Of a stretch of 64,000 nt of DNA, positions 36,028 to 44,957 are shown in pieces. Position 1 is the first letter of the stretch, and each line of letters opens with the position of its first letter. Made by a program: the position numbers and the translations under genes. Source of the stretch: Candidatus Omnitrophota bacterium (lineage in GTDB: Bacteria > Omnitrophota > Gorgyraeia > JAHIPI01). The stretch lies in the NCBI GenBank assembly GCA_016783745.1, contig JADHVZ010000007.1:259-64258 (forward strand). Reading direction: 5' to 3'. The notes beneath the pieces are model-generated. The model did no database searches, was not told where the DNA came from, and was given only the letters and a program-made list of their open reading frames with translations.

Positions 36028-37053
36028 ATGAGACCTCGATATTTAACGACAGTTTTATTCATTTTGTGTCTTCTGTTGACCCGTCCCCTTTTTGCCGTTG
36101 AGGATGGGGATATTCTGTATCCCACAATAGGTAAGGGAGAAGATATCGCCCTCGAAGAGTCTGAGAAATATGAATTTGAAAATTTCGATTATGCGTTGTC
36201 CGGCTCTACGCTGCTCGGATATGATACCAACGTCCATCTGGAGCACTATGACCCGGCTTCAAGTATTTTTATGCAAAACGCCTTCGGCGCGAACTCCACC
36301 TCTCAGCTTTTCGAACTCTGTACGTTGCGATTGAGCTATGACATTACTTCCATAAAGTATTTCAGGTTTTCGGAACCGGATCTTCTGGACAATATCCTGG
36401 GCGCCGGCATAGACACAAAGGTGACCGATGGCCTGCTGTTTTCACTTGATTATACATTCGATTTTGTGGATTTCCCGCATGATAAGGCCAGTGAATATAC
36501 AATGGGCGAAATATCGGCCGGCGTAAAGCATGACATAACGGATTCTCTTTATCATCAGTTAATATATAAATTTTCAAATAAACATTATCCCAAGTGGAAG
36601 ACCAGAAATGACGGTGGTATAGTACGGATGGGCGATAGAAAAGATGTAAGAAATACTTTCATGCACCGGCTGGGCTGGTATATCAGCGATAAAACATTCC
36701 TGCAGGCTGAAAATTCACTTTACTTCAATAACTCAAATGATATGTTTCTGGACTTTTATGACTACACGGCGATAAAGACTAAAGGATCCATCCTTCACCT
36801 TATAACGGATAAATTCTACGCTCTGGCAAATGCCGGATATCAATATCAGGTTTACAGAAACCGCGTCGTATCGGACCATGTCGACGGCGATGAGCGGGAT
36901 AAACTCCTGATGTGCGGCGCATCATTGTTTTACGATGTAAAACCCGGGGTCTCTGCGGGGTTAAATCTGGATTACAGCAAAAATTTCTCCAATGAAGGGG
37001 AGGAAAAATATCAGGATCTTATGATCTCAAGCGGATTATACTGGAATTACTAG
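36028..37053 (+). CDS. Putative outer-membrane beta-barrel protein
   Basis: Signal peptide, alternating amphipathic beta-strand patterns, and a C-terminal aromatic end (YWNY) typical of OMPs. Confidence 0.4.
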   Translation: MRPRYLTTVLFILCLLLTRPLFAVEDGDILYPTIGKGEDIALEESEKYEFENFDYALSGSTLLGYDTNVHLEHYDPASSIFMQNAFGANSTSQLFELCTLRLSYDITSIKYFRFSEPDLLDNILGAGIDTKVTDGLLFSLDYTFDFVDFPHDKASEYTMGEISAGVKHDITDSLYHQLIYKFSNKHYPKWKTRNDGGIVRMGDRKDVRNTFMHRLGWYISDKTFLQAENSLYFNNSNDMFLDFYDYTAIKTKGSILHLITDKFYALANAGYQYQVYRNRVVSDHVDGDERDKLLMCGASLFYDVKPGVSAGLNLDYSKNFSNEGEEKYQDLMISSGLYWNY

Positions 37054-37436
37054 CCCTTTGGCGTCTTCTTCTGGATATAATCAAGGTATTTATCTAACTC
37101 TTCCCTGTTTTCAAAAATATTCTCTTTGGGCAATGCCTTTACGATATCTATTACTTTCTTCACTTGCGGCTGCAGGCTCGCTATGACCAGCGACCCGTTC
37201 TTTTCTTCGATGAATTTCTTTATCTGAAATATAACGGCTAATCCGGCGCTGCTTACGTAGTTTACCTTTTCCATATCGAGGATGATAAGCTTTGTAGTGG
37301 GCACCAGAATAGGCTTGATTTTTTCATCCAGGACGCTATATGTATCCGAATCCACGCGGCCCCTCAACCGGACTAAAAAACCGCCTTCTACTTTTTTTTC
37401 TATATTAATACCGATATCCGCTTTATCCTCAAACAT
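37050..37436 (-). CDS. STAS-domain anti-sigma-factor antagonist
   Basis: 128-aa SpoIIAA-like protein carrying a VNYVSSAGL segment (conserved phosphorylatable Ser region). Confidence 0.7.
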   Translation of the reverse strand: MFEDKADIGINIEKKVEGGFLVRLRGRVDSDTYSVLDEKIKPILVPTTKLIILDMEKVNYVSSAGLAVIFQIKKFIEEKNGSLVIASLQPQVKKVIDIVKALPKENIFENREELDKYLDYIQKKTPKG

Positions 37437-37504
37437 ATAACCCCCCTTATGTTACGGTATAGAGCATTGTATCACATCTAAGTACCGCGTCAATGCCAAA
37501 CACA

Positions 37505-37861
37505 TCAAAACAGATGCGCGAACTGTTCGATGGCCTCTCTTCTGCTATTAAATATATCAAATATCTTATCCAGATTCGTGGCCGCGAGCACCGCCTTCAC
37601 GCTATGCGTCACGCTGCACAAGACCAGGTTACCGCCGATCTCCTGCGCTCTTTTGAGCATATACACCAGCGAAGCAAGGACTATTGAGGATACGAACGTG
37701 ATACCGGTCAGATCCAATATTATATTTTTGATGCCTCCGTCAATCAGCGCGCTGAAAGCCCTCTTTAATTCCTCATTTTGCAGCATGGTTATGTTCTCAA
37801 GCAGCAAAGTAAATATGGCGAGCTGTCCTATTTTTTCAACCTCGTAGGTCTGTCCGCCCAT
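37505..37861 (-). CDS. STAS-domain anti-sigma-factor antagonist (second paralogue)
   Basis: 118-aa SpoIIAA-like protein with an equivalent ITFVSSIVL segment. Sits in tandem with the first STAS gene. Confidence 0.7.
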   Translation of the reverse strand: MGGQTYEVEKIGQLAIFTLLLENITMLQNEELKRAFSALIDGGIKNIILDLTGITFVSSIVLASLVYMLKRAQEIGGNLVLCSVTHSVKAVLAATNLDKIFDIFNSRREAIEQFAHLF

Positions 37862-37916
37862 CTATACCCCCTCCGTATAGTTCCATTAGAGATTATACCC
37901 GAAATACCGCCTGCTG

Positions 37917-39233
37917 TCAAACTCGAAGGAGTGGGATCTTAAGGCGTTTGCGGGGTGTTTCCCCCTTAAGCAGTTCCTGCTTCCGCCAGGCCACATTGTT
38001 TCTGGGGTGGCCATTCCCGGCTGTCTTCAGCGTGTCTGAGGCGGCCACATGGAGCGTATGCTTGCCGTATTTTATGTTTATCGTATCCGTGACTTTCGAG
38101 AGCCTGGCTATTTTTTCTATCCTTACGGGGTCGTCAAAGAGCGTCCTCGAATCAACGCCCTCCGGCACAATATCGGACAGTACAACGCCCGTCGCTCTAT
38201 ACATGATATTCTCATTAAAGGCTATATTGAAAAGTTTACCGCATATACCCATAAAATCAAGCGTGGAAGACGAATGCCTGTTAAGTTTTGCCTCAAGGCC
38301 ACATGTTTTAAAGTCTGAGGCCTTAAGATAGATAAGAAGCTTGGCGGCGCTCAAACTGTGCCTTCTAAGTTTTATACAAGCGGACTCAAGGTTTCTTGTC
38401 AACCTGGCCTTCACATGATCCTCCTCCCGCGAAGCAGGCATGAACGTCCTGGTCTTGCTTATTGAAAGATATTTTTTCTTCTCTTCCCGGCATAGCTTAT
38501 AAACACTTTCTCCGCGTAATTCGCGCCATAGCTCGATGCCGACTTTGCCAAGCAGCCTTTTCGCGAAATCCTCCGGCCTGTTCACGTAATCAAACACATT
38601 TTTAATGCCGTGTTTTCTTAAAAGCTCGACGGTGTTTGGACCAAAGCCGCATACCGTATCAAGATGAGAACACTTAAGGAACTTGTGCAGTCTGTAGCCC
38701 GGGACCGCTGTAAATCCATCGGGCTTATCATGCCGCGAACATATCTTGGCGAGTGTCTTGGACAGGCTTAAGCCCACGGAGACTGTCAGGCCCAGCTCCT
38801 TTTGTATCCGCTCCTTCATCCTGCCGGCGATCTCCGGATAGGAAGCCCTGTATACCCGTCTCAGGCCTGTTATGTCACAGAATGCCTCATCAATGGAAAA
38901 TTCCTCGACTGACGGCGTAAAGCGTTTTATGATATCGAACATCCTCTCGGAATATAAGCTGTAGGTCTCATAATCGCTTGGGAGGATCAGCAGGGCCGGA
39001 CAGAGCCTTTTCGCTTCAGAGAGCCGGATGCCGCGCTTGACACCGAAGGCCTTCGCCTCATAACTGGCGCAGGATATTATGCCCCTCTCCTTTCCTGTGA
39101 CTATGGGTTTTCCTTTGAGGCGCGGGTCTCCTGCCTGCTCACAGGAAGCGAAGAAGGCATCACAGTCAATATGTAATATAGCCCGCGGATAAGACGAAAG
39201 GGTTATAAAATATTTATCTGTATTTTCTGACAT
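37917..39233 (-). CDS. Y-family translesion DNA polymerase (DinB/UmuC-like)
   Basis: N-terminus ILHIDCDAFFASCEQAGDPRLKGKPIVTG is the Y-family catalytic signature. Overlaps the lexA stop and is co-transcribed with lexA. Confidence 0.85.
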   Translation of the reverse strand: MSENTDKYFITLSSYPRAILHIDCDAFFASCEQAGDPRLKGKPIVTGKERGIISCASYEAKAFGVKRGIRLSEAKRLCPALLILPSDYETYSLYSERMFDIIKRFTPSVEEFSIDEAFCDITGLRRVYRASYPEIAGRMKERIQKELGLTVSVGLSLSKTLAKICSRHDKPDGFTAVPGYRLHKFLKCSHLDTVCGFGPNTVELLRKHGIKNVFDYVNRPEDFAKRLLGKVGIELWRELRGESVYKLCREEKKKYLSISKTRTFMPASREEDHVKARLTRNLESACIKLRRHSLSAAKLLIYLKASDFKTCGLEAKLNRHSSSTLDFMGICGKLFNIAFNENIMYRATGVVLSDIVPEGVDSRTLFDDPVRIEKIARLSKVTDTINIKYGKHTLHVAASDTLKTAGNGHPRNNVAWRKQELLKGETPRKRLKIPLLRV

Positions 39234-39798
39234 TAGCTATGACGACACCGGCTATGATCAATTCCTGTTTGGGCATTATGGTAGGGTATTTCCGGTTGGC
39301 TGACTTTAAGACGGCGATCTTTCCCCTTTTCTCAAAATACTTGAGCGTCCATTCACCGTCTACCTGCGCCACTACGATATCCCCTGTCTTCGGGGCGATA
39401 TTTCTCTGGGTGAGAATAAGGTCTCCGGGATGGATCCCCGCGTCTATCATGGAATCACCGTCTACCTTTAATATATAGGTAGCCTGCGGATTAGATATGA
39501 GATACTCATCCAGGCTCATCGTATCCACAAGTTCCTCTTCAGCCGGGCTGGGAAAGCCTGCCGCGATGACCCCCAGGACCCTTGTAGGCTTAAGCAGCCT
39601 TCCCGGCACTATCCTGCCTTTAGAGTCCTTATCGAGAAAACCTTCCCTGACCAGGGAAAGTACTCTTTTGAAGACGGCATTCTTGGACCTGAGGCGGAAT
39701 AATTTCAGCATCTCCGAATACGACGGCATCCTCTTATGGTCGGAATAGAATAAATTTATCTCTTTAGCCTGCCTGATAAGATCCTTCCTGTCTCTCAT
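39214..39798 (-). CDS. lexA: LexA repressor (S24 peptidase)
   Basis: N-terminal wHTH and C-terminal S24 domain with GDSM (Ser nucleophile) and a downstream Lys region. Start is placed at MRDRKD because the upstream 12 codons of the track ORF are the operator/promoter. Confidence 0.8.
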   Translation of the reverse strand: MRDRKDLIRQAKEINLFYSDHKRMPSYSEMLKLFRLRSKNAVFKRVLSLVREGFLDKDSKGRIVPGRLLKPTRVLGVIAAGFPSPAEEELVDTMSLDEYLISNPQATYILKVDGDSMIDAGIHPGDLILTQRNIAPKTGDIVVAQVDGEWTLKYFEKRGKIAVLKSANRKYPTIMPKQELIIAGVVIANVRKYR

Positions 39799-39804
39799 GG
39801 TATA

Positions 39805-39834
39805 TAGTATAGTGAACAATCGTTCACTTGTCAA
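39805..39834 (-). promoter_or_regulatory. lexA promoter with SOS (Cheo-type) box GTGAACGATTGTTCAC filling the -35/-10 spacer
   Basis: Minus-strand reading: TTGACA-AGTGAACGATTGTTCAC-TATACT-atatacc-ATG. The box is a perfect GAAC-N4-GTTC palindrome and the leader is only about 7 nt. Confidence 0.6.
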
Positions 39835-39836
39835 TA

Positions 39837-39955
39837 GAAAAAGGGGACAGACACTTTTATAGCGTTGTAAAGGGGACAGACACTTTTTTGAGGCTACATA
39901 CAGAGCTTCAAAAAAGTGTCTGTCCCCATAATCGTAAAAGTGTCTGTCCCCTTTT
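39837..39955 (-). terminator. Nested inverted repeats: four copies of GGGGACAGACACTTTT (two direct, two inverted) forming a long hairpin terminator
   Basis: Outer copies at 39841-39856 and 39936-39951 and inner copies at 39873-39888 and 39909-39924, with A/T runs on both sides. The element sits between the membrane-protein gene and the lexA promoter. Confidence 0.5.
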
Positions 39956-39959
39956 TCTA

Positions 39960-41771
39960 TTATTTTCTCTTAAAGAGGGCGATGCCGTACTGTTCCGTGG
40001 TAAAGGGGAAGGGGCCGAACTGCTTGTGCAGCCTGTAGTTTTTCACTATATATTTGAATATATCCTGCGCGTAGTCTTTGCCGAAAACGGCGTACCCGTA
40101 TTTATCCGTTCTTCTTTGCGTCAGGACTATATAGTCCACTTTCTTCTCATCCATCTCCCGGATGACATCGTCGGCAACACCCTGCTTGGCCAGGTCTATC
40201 GGATGATAACTGTAATAATAAAGCGGGTTCTCCCTGTCCAATAGGAAATTGACCACCACCCCTTCGGGAAAAACCACTAATGTTTCGTCTTTGCCTGTAG
40301 AGGTTTCCAAATATTTCATCAACTCCGCCAGCCTCTGCTCCCTGCTTGTGCCGAAGACGTTCATGCTGCCCCTGCCGGAAGTAACCCTTAACGTACGGTT
40401 CTTATAGCAAAAGTTCGAGATCTTACAATGACTCGCTATAAACAGGATGAATATAAACAAAAGACCGGCCCTGAAATATCCTCTGGCCAGATCCGACTTT
40501 AAGGGCGCGGCCGCGATCTTGAGGAAGAATACATAGTAAACGATTATGGCGGGCGTCAGGATATAGAAACCATAATGGCCCGCCCAGACATGCAAGAGCA
40601 TCCTTGTCATCAGGAAAAATGAGAAAAATGATATCGTCAGCATAAAGATGTTTTCAGTCCTGTTCTTTTGCCTGAGGGCGCCTATCGCGGAAATGATCAT
40701 CACCGCCAGGCATATCACGGGTAGCGACCTGTACTGCAGATCATAGGAAACGAAAAACACTCTGTAAAGAAAAAACGCCGCCGCAATAACGGCTAAGCCG
40801 ATGGCGGAGGATAGCGCTATCCTCGAGGCGGTTTTTTTCCGGCATAAAAGGCTTATGATGACCCCGCCCGCGGCGAAAAGCAGGCATAACGCCGAATAAT
40901 GCAGGATATTCTTAAGTATGATCAATATGTTCCCGGGCATATCATCCAGGCCGGAAAGCCAGCCCGCGAAGGCGGTCCTGACATCGGAACTTTTTACCCA
41001 TATATCGAACAGGTTGCTATTCTGCACCGCGCTGCTTCCCAGAAATGCGGCATAGACAAAAAAAGCGATGATCAACGGTATTATAACGCAAAGCGCCAGC
41101 CTGTTGCCCGATAGCCGCGCCGGATCACCGCCGCGGCGGAACGATATCGTATAAAAAATAACGCCCGCAAGCATGGACAGGACAAGCATTATCCCCACAT
41201 CCACCCTTGACAGGAGCGTAAGCAGGATGAACGACGAACTTAAATAGGCGTATTTGCTCGATCTTTTTTTCATCAGGATGTAGAAGAAATAAAGCGCCGC
41301 AAGAGAGAAAGCTATGGCATGGATCGATGAATAACTATAAGGCAGGAAGAAATTATAGTTACCCAGATACGTATAATGGCCGAACCCGAATACGATCAAA
41401 AAAGTAAAGACCGTGAATGTGGAAAATAATATACTGAGAAAGCGCCGCGATATCTTGTATATCAGCACGCTGACCGCGCAAAGGGTAATAAACCCGCTTA
41501 AGTAAAGGATATAAAGGTTTGCGCTGAAGATCTTAAATAGAGTCGCGTTAAAATACGGCGAAAAAGGCCCGTATATGTAAAAAACGTCCCTGTATAATAG
41601 CTTTCCGAGGCCGAGCTGCAATGGCACATACATCTCTCGGCCCACATCTACTATCAGATCACCCCACTTCAGCCATGTGAACTTCAGTAAAAAAAGCAGG
41701 CATACCGAGCTCAATAAAACAGAGATCCAGCCACTTTTCCAGTATTTTTTTAAAAGCAGTTTATATCTCAT
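39960..41771 (-). CDS. Large polytopic integral membrane protein, possibly a lipid-linked glycosyltransferase or polymerase
   Basis: 603 aa with at least 14 TM helices and a C-terminal soluble domain of about 150 aa. No confident family motif. Confidence 0.35.
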   Translation of the reverse strand: MRYKLLLKKYWKSGWISVLLSSVCLLFLLKFTWLKWGDLIVDVGREMYVPLQLGLGKLLYRDVFYIYGPFSPYFNATLFKIFSANLYILYLSGFITLCAVSVLIYKISRRFLSILFSTFTVFTFLIVFGFGHYTYLGNYNFFLPYSYSSIHAIAFSLAALYFFYILMKKRSSKYAYLSSSFILLTLLSRVDVGIMLVLSMLAGVIFYTISFRRGGDPARLSGNRLALCVIIPLIIAFFVYAAFLGSSAVQNSNLFDIWVKSSDVRTAFAGWLSGLDDMPGNILIILKNILHYSALCLLFAAGGVIISLLCRKKTASRIALSSAIGLAVIAAAFFLYRVFFVSYDLQYRSLPVICLAVMIISAIGALRQKNRTENIFMLTISFFSFFLMTRMLLHVWAGHYGFYILTPAIIVYYVFFLKIAAAPLKSDLARGYFRAGLLFIFILFIASHCKISNFCYKNRTLRVTSGRGSMNVFGTSREQRLAELMKYLETSTGKDETLVVFPEGVVVNFLLDRENPLYYYSYHPIDLAKQGVADDVIREMDEKKVDYIVLTQRRTDKYGYAVFGKDYAQDIFKYIVKNYRLHKQFGPFPFTTEQYGIALFKRK

Positions 41772-41853
41772 TTGCCTTTTTATATTTTAACATCGGAAGG
41801 CCTGTTTTAAAAGAACTATTTGTCTTTACTCGGGATTACCTCCGGTTTATAAT

Positions 41854-43053
41854 ATGATCAGTATGAATAAGCTATATAATGTAAAATACACCGGAAATGC
41901 GGCCGCAAACCTTCTATCTGTGCCTCTGCAGGTCCATCGCCGCGCCACAAAACGCTTTCGCCGTATCCCGCGCGCCCATCCCGTAAAGAAAATACTTGCC
42001 ATGAAGATGTGGGGTATAGGCAATCTCACTATCCTTCTGCCGATACTAAAAAGGATAAGAGAACAATATGCTGAAGCGGACATATATTTTCTGACTCTTG
42101 ACTCCAATAAGGGCCTGCTGGAAAGTTCATTGCCCGGAGTAAAAATTTTATATGTCAAGCTGACTACAAACGTGTTTAGAATAGCTATGGATTTTTTTAA
42201 ATACATAGTGATATTCAGCAGATTAAAGTTGGACCTATTGCTGAATTTTGAACAATGTAACAGGCTTTCTATTATATTCAGTTATATGATGGGCGCTAAG
42301 AGGCGTGTCGGATTCGAGATCGCGAAATGCGGATATAACTCTCTTTACACCGATACGGTTAAAAACGATCCCGGACTGCATGTCTCCCGTAACTTCACAA
42401 GGCTTGCCCGTCGGGCTGGTATCGATATCAATGGATACCGGTATATGGCCCCCGAACCGGAACAACATTCCAGAGAAAACGCCAAAAATATCTTGAGGCG
42501 GTTCGGCCTCGAAGATAAAACTATAGTCGCATTACATGCGGGTTCCGGAGAAAACTTCACGGGCAAACGGTGGAAAAATTCTAATTTTGCCTGTCTGGCC
42601 GATGGCCTCATTGAAAGATACGGCGTAACCATAGTATACACGGGCACGGAAAAAGAGGATGAATTGATCGAAAATACTCGGGCGAAAATGAAATATAAGG
42701 CGCATAATCTCTGCGGTTATTTCACCCTGCAGGAGCTTACCGTGTTTTTACAGCGATGTCATCTTTTTATTTCCAATGACACCGGCCCATTGCACATCGC
42801 GATATCACTCGGGATCAACACTGTGGGATTATACGGCCCTATGGATCCGGGCCAGTACGGATCATTAAATGACCGTAGCCTGTCTTTCTATAAGCCCATG
42901 GAATGCAGCCCCTGCCTCACTGACCTAAACAATAAAACAAGCTTATGCGAGAGATCGGAATGTCTGGACAATATAACATATGAAGAGGTCATGGAAAAGG
43001 TATCGGACAAATTTTTCAAGCATGAGGAGGCCGCGGTTGTCAGTTCTGCCTAA
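41854..43053 (+). CDS. Glycosyltransferase family 9 (LPS heptosyltransferase-like)
   Basis: N-terminal region KKILAMKMWGIGNLTILLPILKRIRE and C-terminal region HAGSG...FISNDTGPLHIAISLGINTVGLYGP are GT9 hallmarks. The true start may be internal, around 42001. Confidence 0.75.
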   Translation: MISMNKLYNVKYTGNAAANLLSVPLQVHRRATKRFRRIPRAHPVKKILAMKMWGIGNLTILLPILKRIREQYAEADIYFLTLDSNKGLLESSLPGVKILYVKLTTNVFRIAMDFFKYIVIFSRLKLDLLLNFEQCNRLSIIFSYMMGAKRRVGFEIAKCGYNSLYTDTVKNDPGLHVSRNFTRLARRAGIDINGYRYMAPEPEQHSRENAKNILRRFGLEDKTIVALHAGSGENFTGKRWKNSNFACLADGLIERYGVTIVYTGTEKEDELIENTRAKMKYKAHNLCGYFTLQELTVFLQRCHLFISNDTGPLHIAISLGINTVGLYGPMDPGQYGSLNDRSLSFYKPMECSPCLTDLNNKTSLCERSECLDNITYEEVMEKVSDKFFKHEEAAVVSSA

Positions 43054-44065
43054 AGCCCTTTTTTTAAACAGGATCATCCGCTCAAACTTCGGCAGGCCGA
43101 GCTTTCCCTACAAGCTTACCTTCGCCGTGACATATCGGTGCAATTTAAGATGTAAGACTTGCCTTATATGGTCCAAAGAACCGAAACAGGAGTTGAGCCT
43201 TGACGAGATAAGCGAATTTTTTAAAAGATCGAACGGTTTCTCATGGGTCGACCTGACCGGAGGCGAGATATTTTTAAGGGAAGACCTGCCGGAAATAATC
43301 GATATCATACTCTCGAATTGCCGGTCTCTCTGCATACTGCATTTTCCGACAAACGGACAGTTGACAGAAAAGGCATTGATGGCCGCTGAAAAAATACGGA
43401 ACGATAGCCGGGCGGCGCCGGTCGTGACTGTCAGCATAGACGGCCCTGAAGGTATACATAACCGCATAAGGGGATCTGAAAACGCGTGGAAAAAAGCCGT
43501 TGATACTTTTATTGAGCTTAAAAAATCGGGCCTCAGGCATGTATATATAGGGTACACGATATCTGAGTTCAATATCGGCAAGATCGATGAGACCTTTCTG
43601 GAAATCAAAAATTTATATCCTCTCTTAAACTATAACGACATTCACGCCAATCTCTTCCATACCTCACAGCATTACCTGAACAACTCATCAATAGATGCCC
43701 CGAAAAATGATCTGGTTCTTGAGGAGTACGGATATCTTCAAAAAAAGAGGCGGAATAAAAAATTAAAATACATTTTAGAAAAACGTTATTTCGCCATGGC
43801 GCCGCGTTATCTGGCGACAAAAAAAATGCCCGTAAAATGCCAGGCATTGGGCTCGAGTTTTTTCCTGGATCCGTACGGCGACATCTATCCGTGCAGTATT
43901 TTCGATAGAAAAATATCAAATATACGCGATATCGGTTATGACCTCAAAAAAATATGGAATAACGGTGAAAAGCTTGCGGATACAAGAAATGATATTCTTA
44001 ATAAAAACTGTGACGGCTGCTGGACGCCGTGCGAGGCCTATCCCTCCCTGTTAGGCTCACTCTAA
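42980..44065 (+). CDS. Radical SAM / SPASM-domain protein
   Basis: CNLRCKTC (CxxxCxxC) near the N-terminus. C-terminal Cys-rich SPASM-like region CQALGSSFFLDPYGDIYPCS...CDGCWTPCEA. The start likely lies at MRRPRL, around 43022. Confidence 0.65.
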   Translation: MKRSWKRYRTNFSSMRRPRLSVLPKALFLNRIIRSNFGRPSFPYKLTFAVTYRCNLRCKTCLIWSKEPKQELSLDEISEFFKRSNGFSWVDLTGGEIFLREDLPEIIDIILSNCRSLCILHFPTNGQLTEKALMAAEKIRNDSRAAPVVTVSIDGPEGIHNRIRGSENAWKKAVDTFIELKKSGLRHVYIGYTISEFNIGKIDETFLEIKNLYPLLNYNDIHANLFHTSQHYLNNSSIDAPKNDLVLEEYGYLQKKRRNKKLKYILEKRYFAMAPRYLATKKMPVKCQALGSSFFLDPYGDIYPCSIFDRKISNIRDIGYDLKKIWNNGEKLADTRNDILNKNCDGCWTPCEAYPSLLGSL

Positions 44066-44078
44066 AAATTCCCGGCTA

Positions 44079-44936
44079 TTATTCACCAAACGGAAGCTTG
44101 ATCTTTTCCTGTAACTCTTTAGCGGTATTTTCTATGGTCTTTTGAACGTCTGAGAGGACTTTTTCAGCTTCACGCTGAGCCTGTTCAGCGGCTTCATGCG
44201 TCCGCCTCGCGGCCGCTTGCACTTGAGCCGCGGCATCCTCGGCAACTTTCTGAGCCGATGAAAGCGTATCCGAAATAGATCCCTTTAGTCCGCCGAGATC
44301 GAAATCTGTCAGGCCCGCTATTGTGGTGTTCATAAGAGTCCTTACCACGATAAGTTTTATGAGGGCATACGGATCCGTTATATTTTCATATTTCTCATTT
44401 AAGTCGACCTTGAACTCCTTTACGCTCGGAGTAGAGCCTCTTGAATAATCCTTAAATACGACCTTACCTATCTTAAGCTCCAGGCTGTCTATTTGTATCT
44501 GGGGGGTCTTTCCTCCCTCACTTGCCGTTTTCTGCCGGGGCTCCTTGCCTTCTTTTTGAGCCTGCACCACCTTCAATGAGTCTAAATTGAGTTCACCTTT
44601 TTCATTTTTTACGACCGTAAACTCCTCCATATCTATCCTCATCTCCTCGAGATGCACCTTGCCCCTAAAAATAGGAGACAGGTTATAATCAACGTATATC
44701 TCAGGCATGCTGAACATTATCCTGTCCTTATATCCGCTCGGGTTATGAAGCCTGAGTCCTTTGATCCCTACAAGTGTGTTTATGATACCGACCTTAAAAC
44801 TTCTTATCTCAAGCGGAAGGCCTGTGACCACCTGCACACCTTTTTCCACGGATATCTTTACCAGCATATCCTTGGCAAATGACAATACAAGCAATATCAC
44901 CAGTATGCCTGCCAATATACTTATCGGCTTTTTCAT
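44079..44936 (-). CDS. Membrane-anchored hypothetical protein (AsmA/DUF748-like N-terminus, C-terminal coiled coil)
   Basis: N-terminal TM anchor and a C-terminal Ala/Glu/Gln-rich helix AEDAAAQVQAAARRTHEAAEQAQREAEK. Confidence 0.35.
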   Translation of the reverse strand: MKKPISILAGILVILLVLSFAKDMLVKISVEKGVQVVTGLPLEIRSFKVGIINTLVGIKGLRLHNPSGYKDRIMFSMPEIYVDYNLSPIFRGKVHLEEMRIDMEEFTVVKNEKGELNLDSLKVVQAQKEGKEPRQKTASEGGKTPQIQIDSLELKIGKVVFKDYSRGSTPSVKEFKVDLNEKYENITDPYALIKLIVVRTLMNTTIAGLTDFDLGGLKGSISDTLSSAQKVAEDAAAQVQAAARRTHEAAEQAQREAEKVLSDVQKTIENTAKELQEKIKLPFGE

Positions 44937-44957
44937 TCCAAACCTCCTCTTAGAAAA

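Noticed and set aside
41847-42206. 119-aa minus-strand ORF overlapping the GT9 start region
   Set aside because: It overlaps a well-supported plus-strand glycosyltransferase and shows no domain signal.
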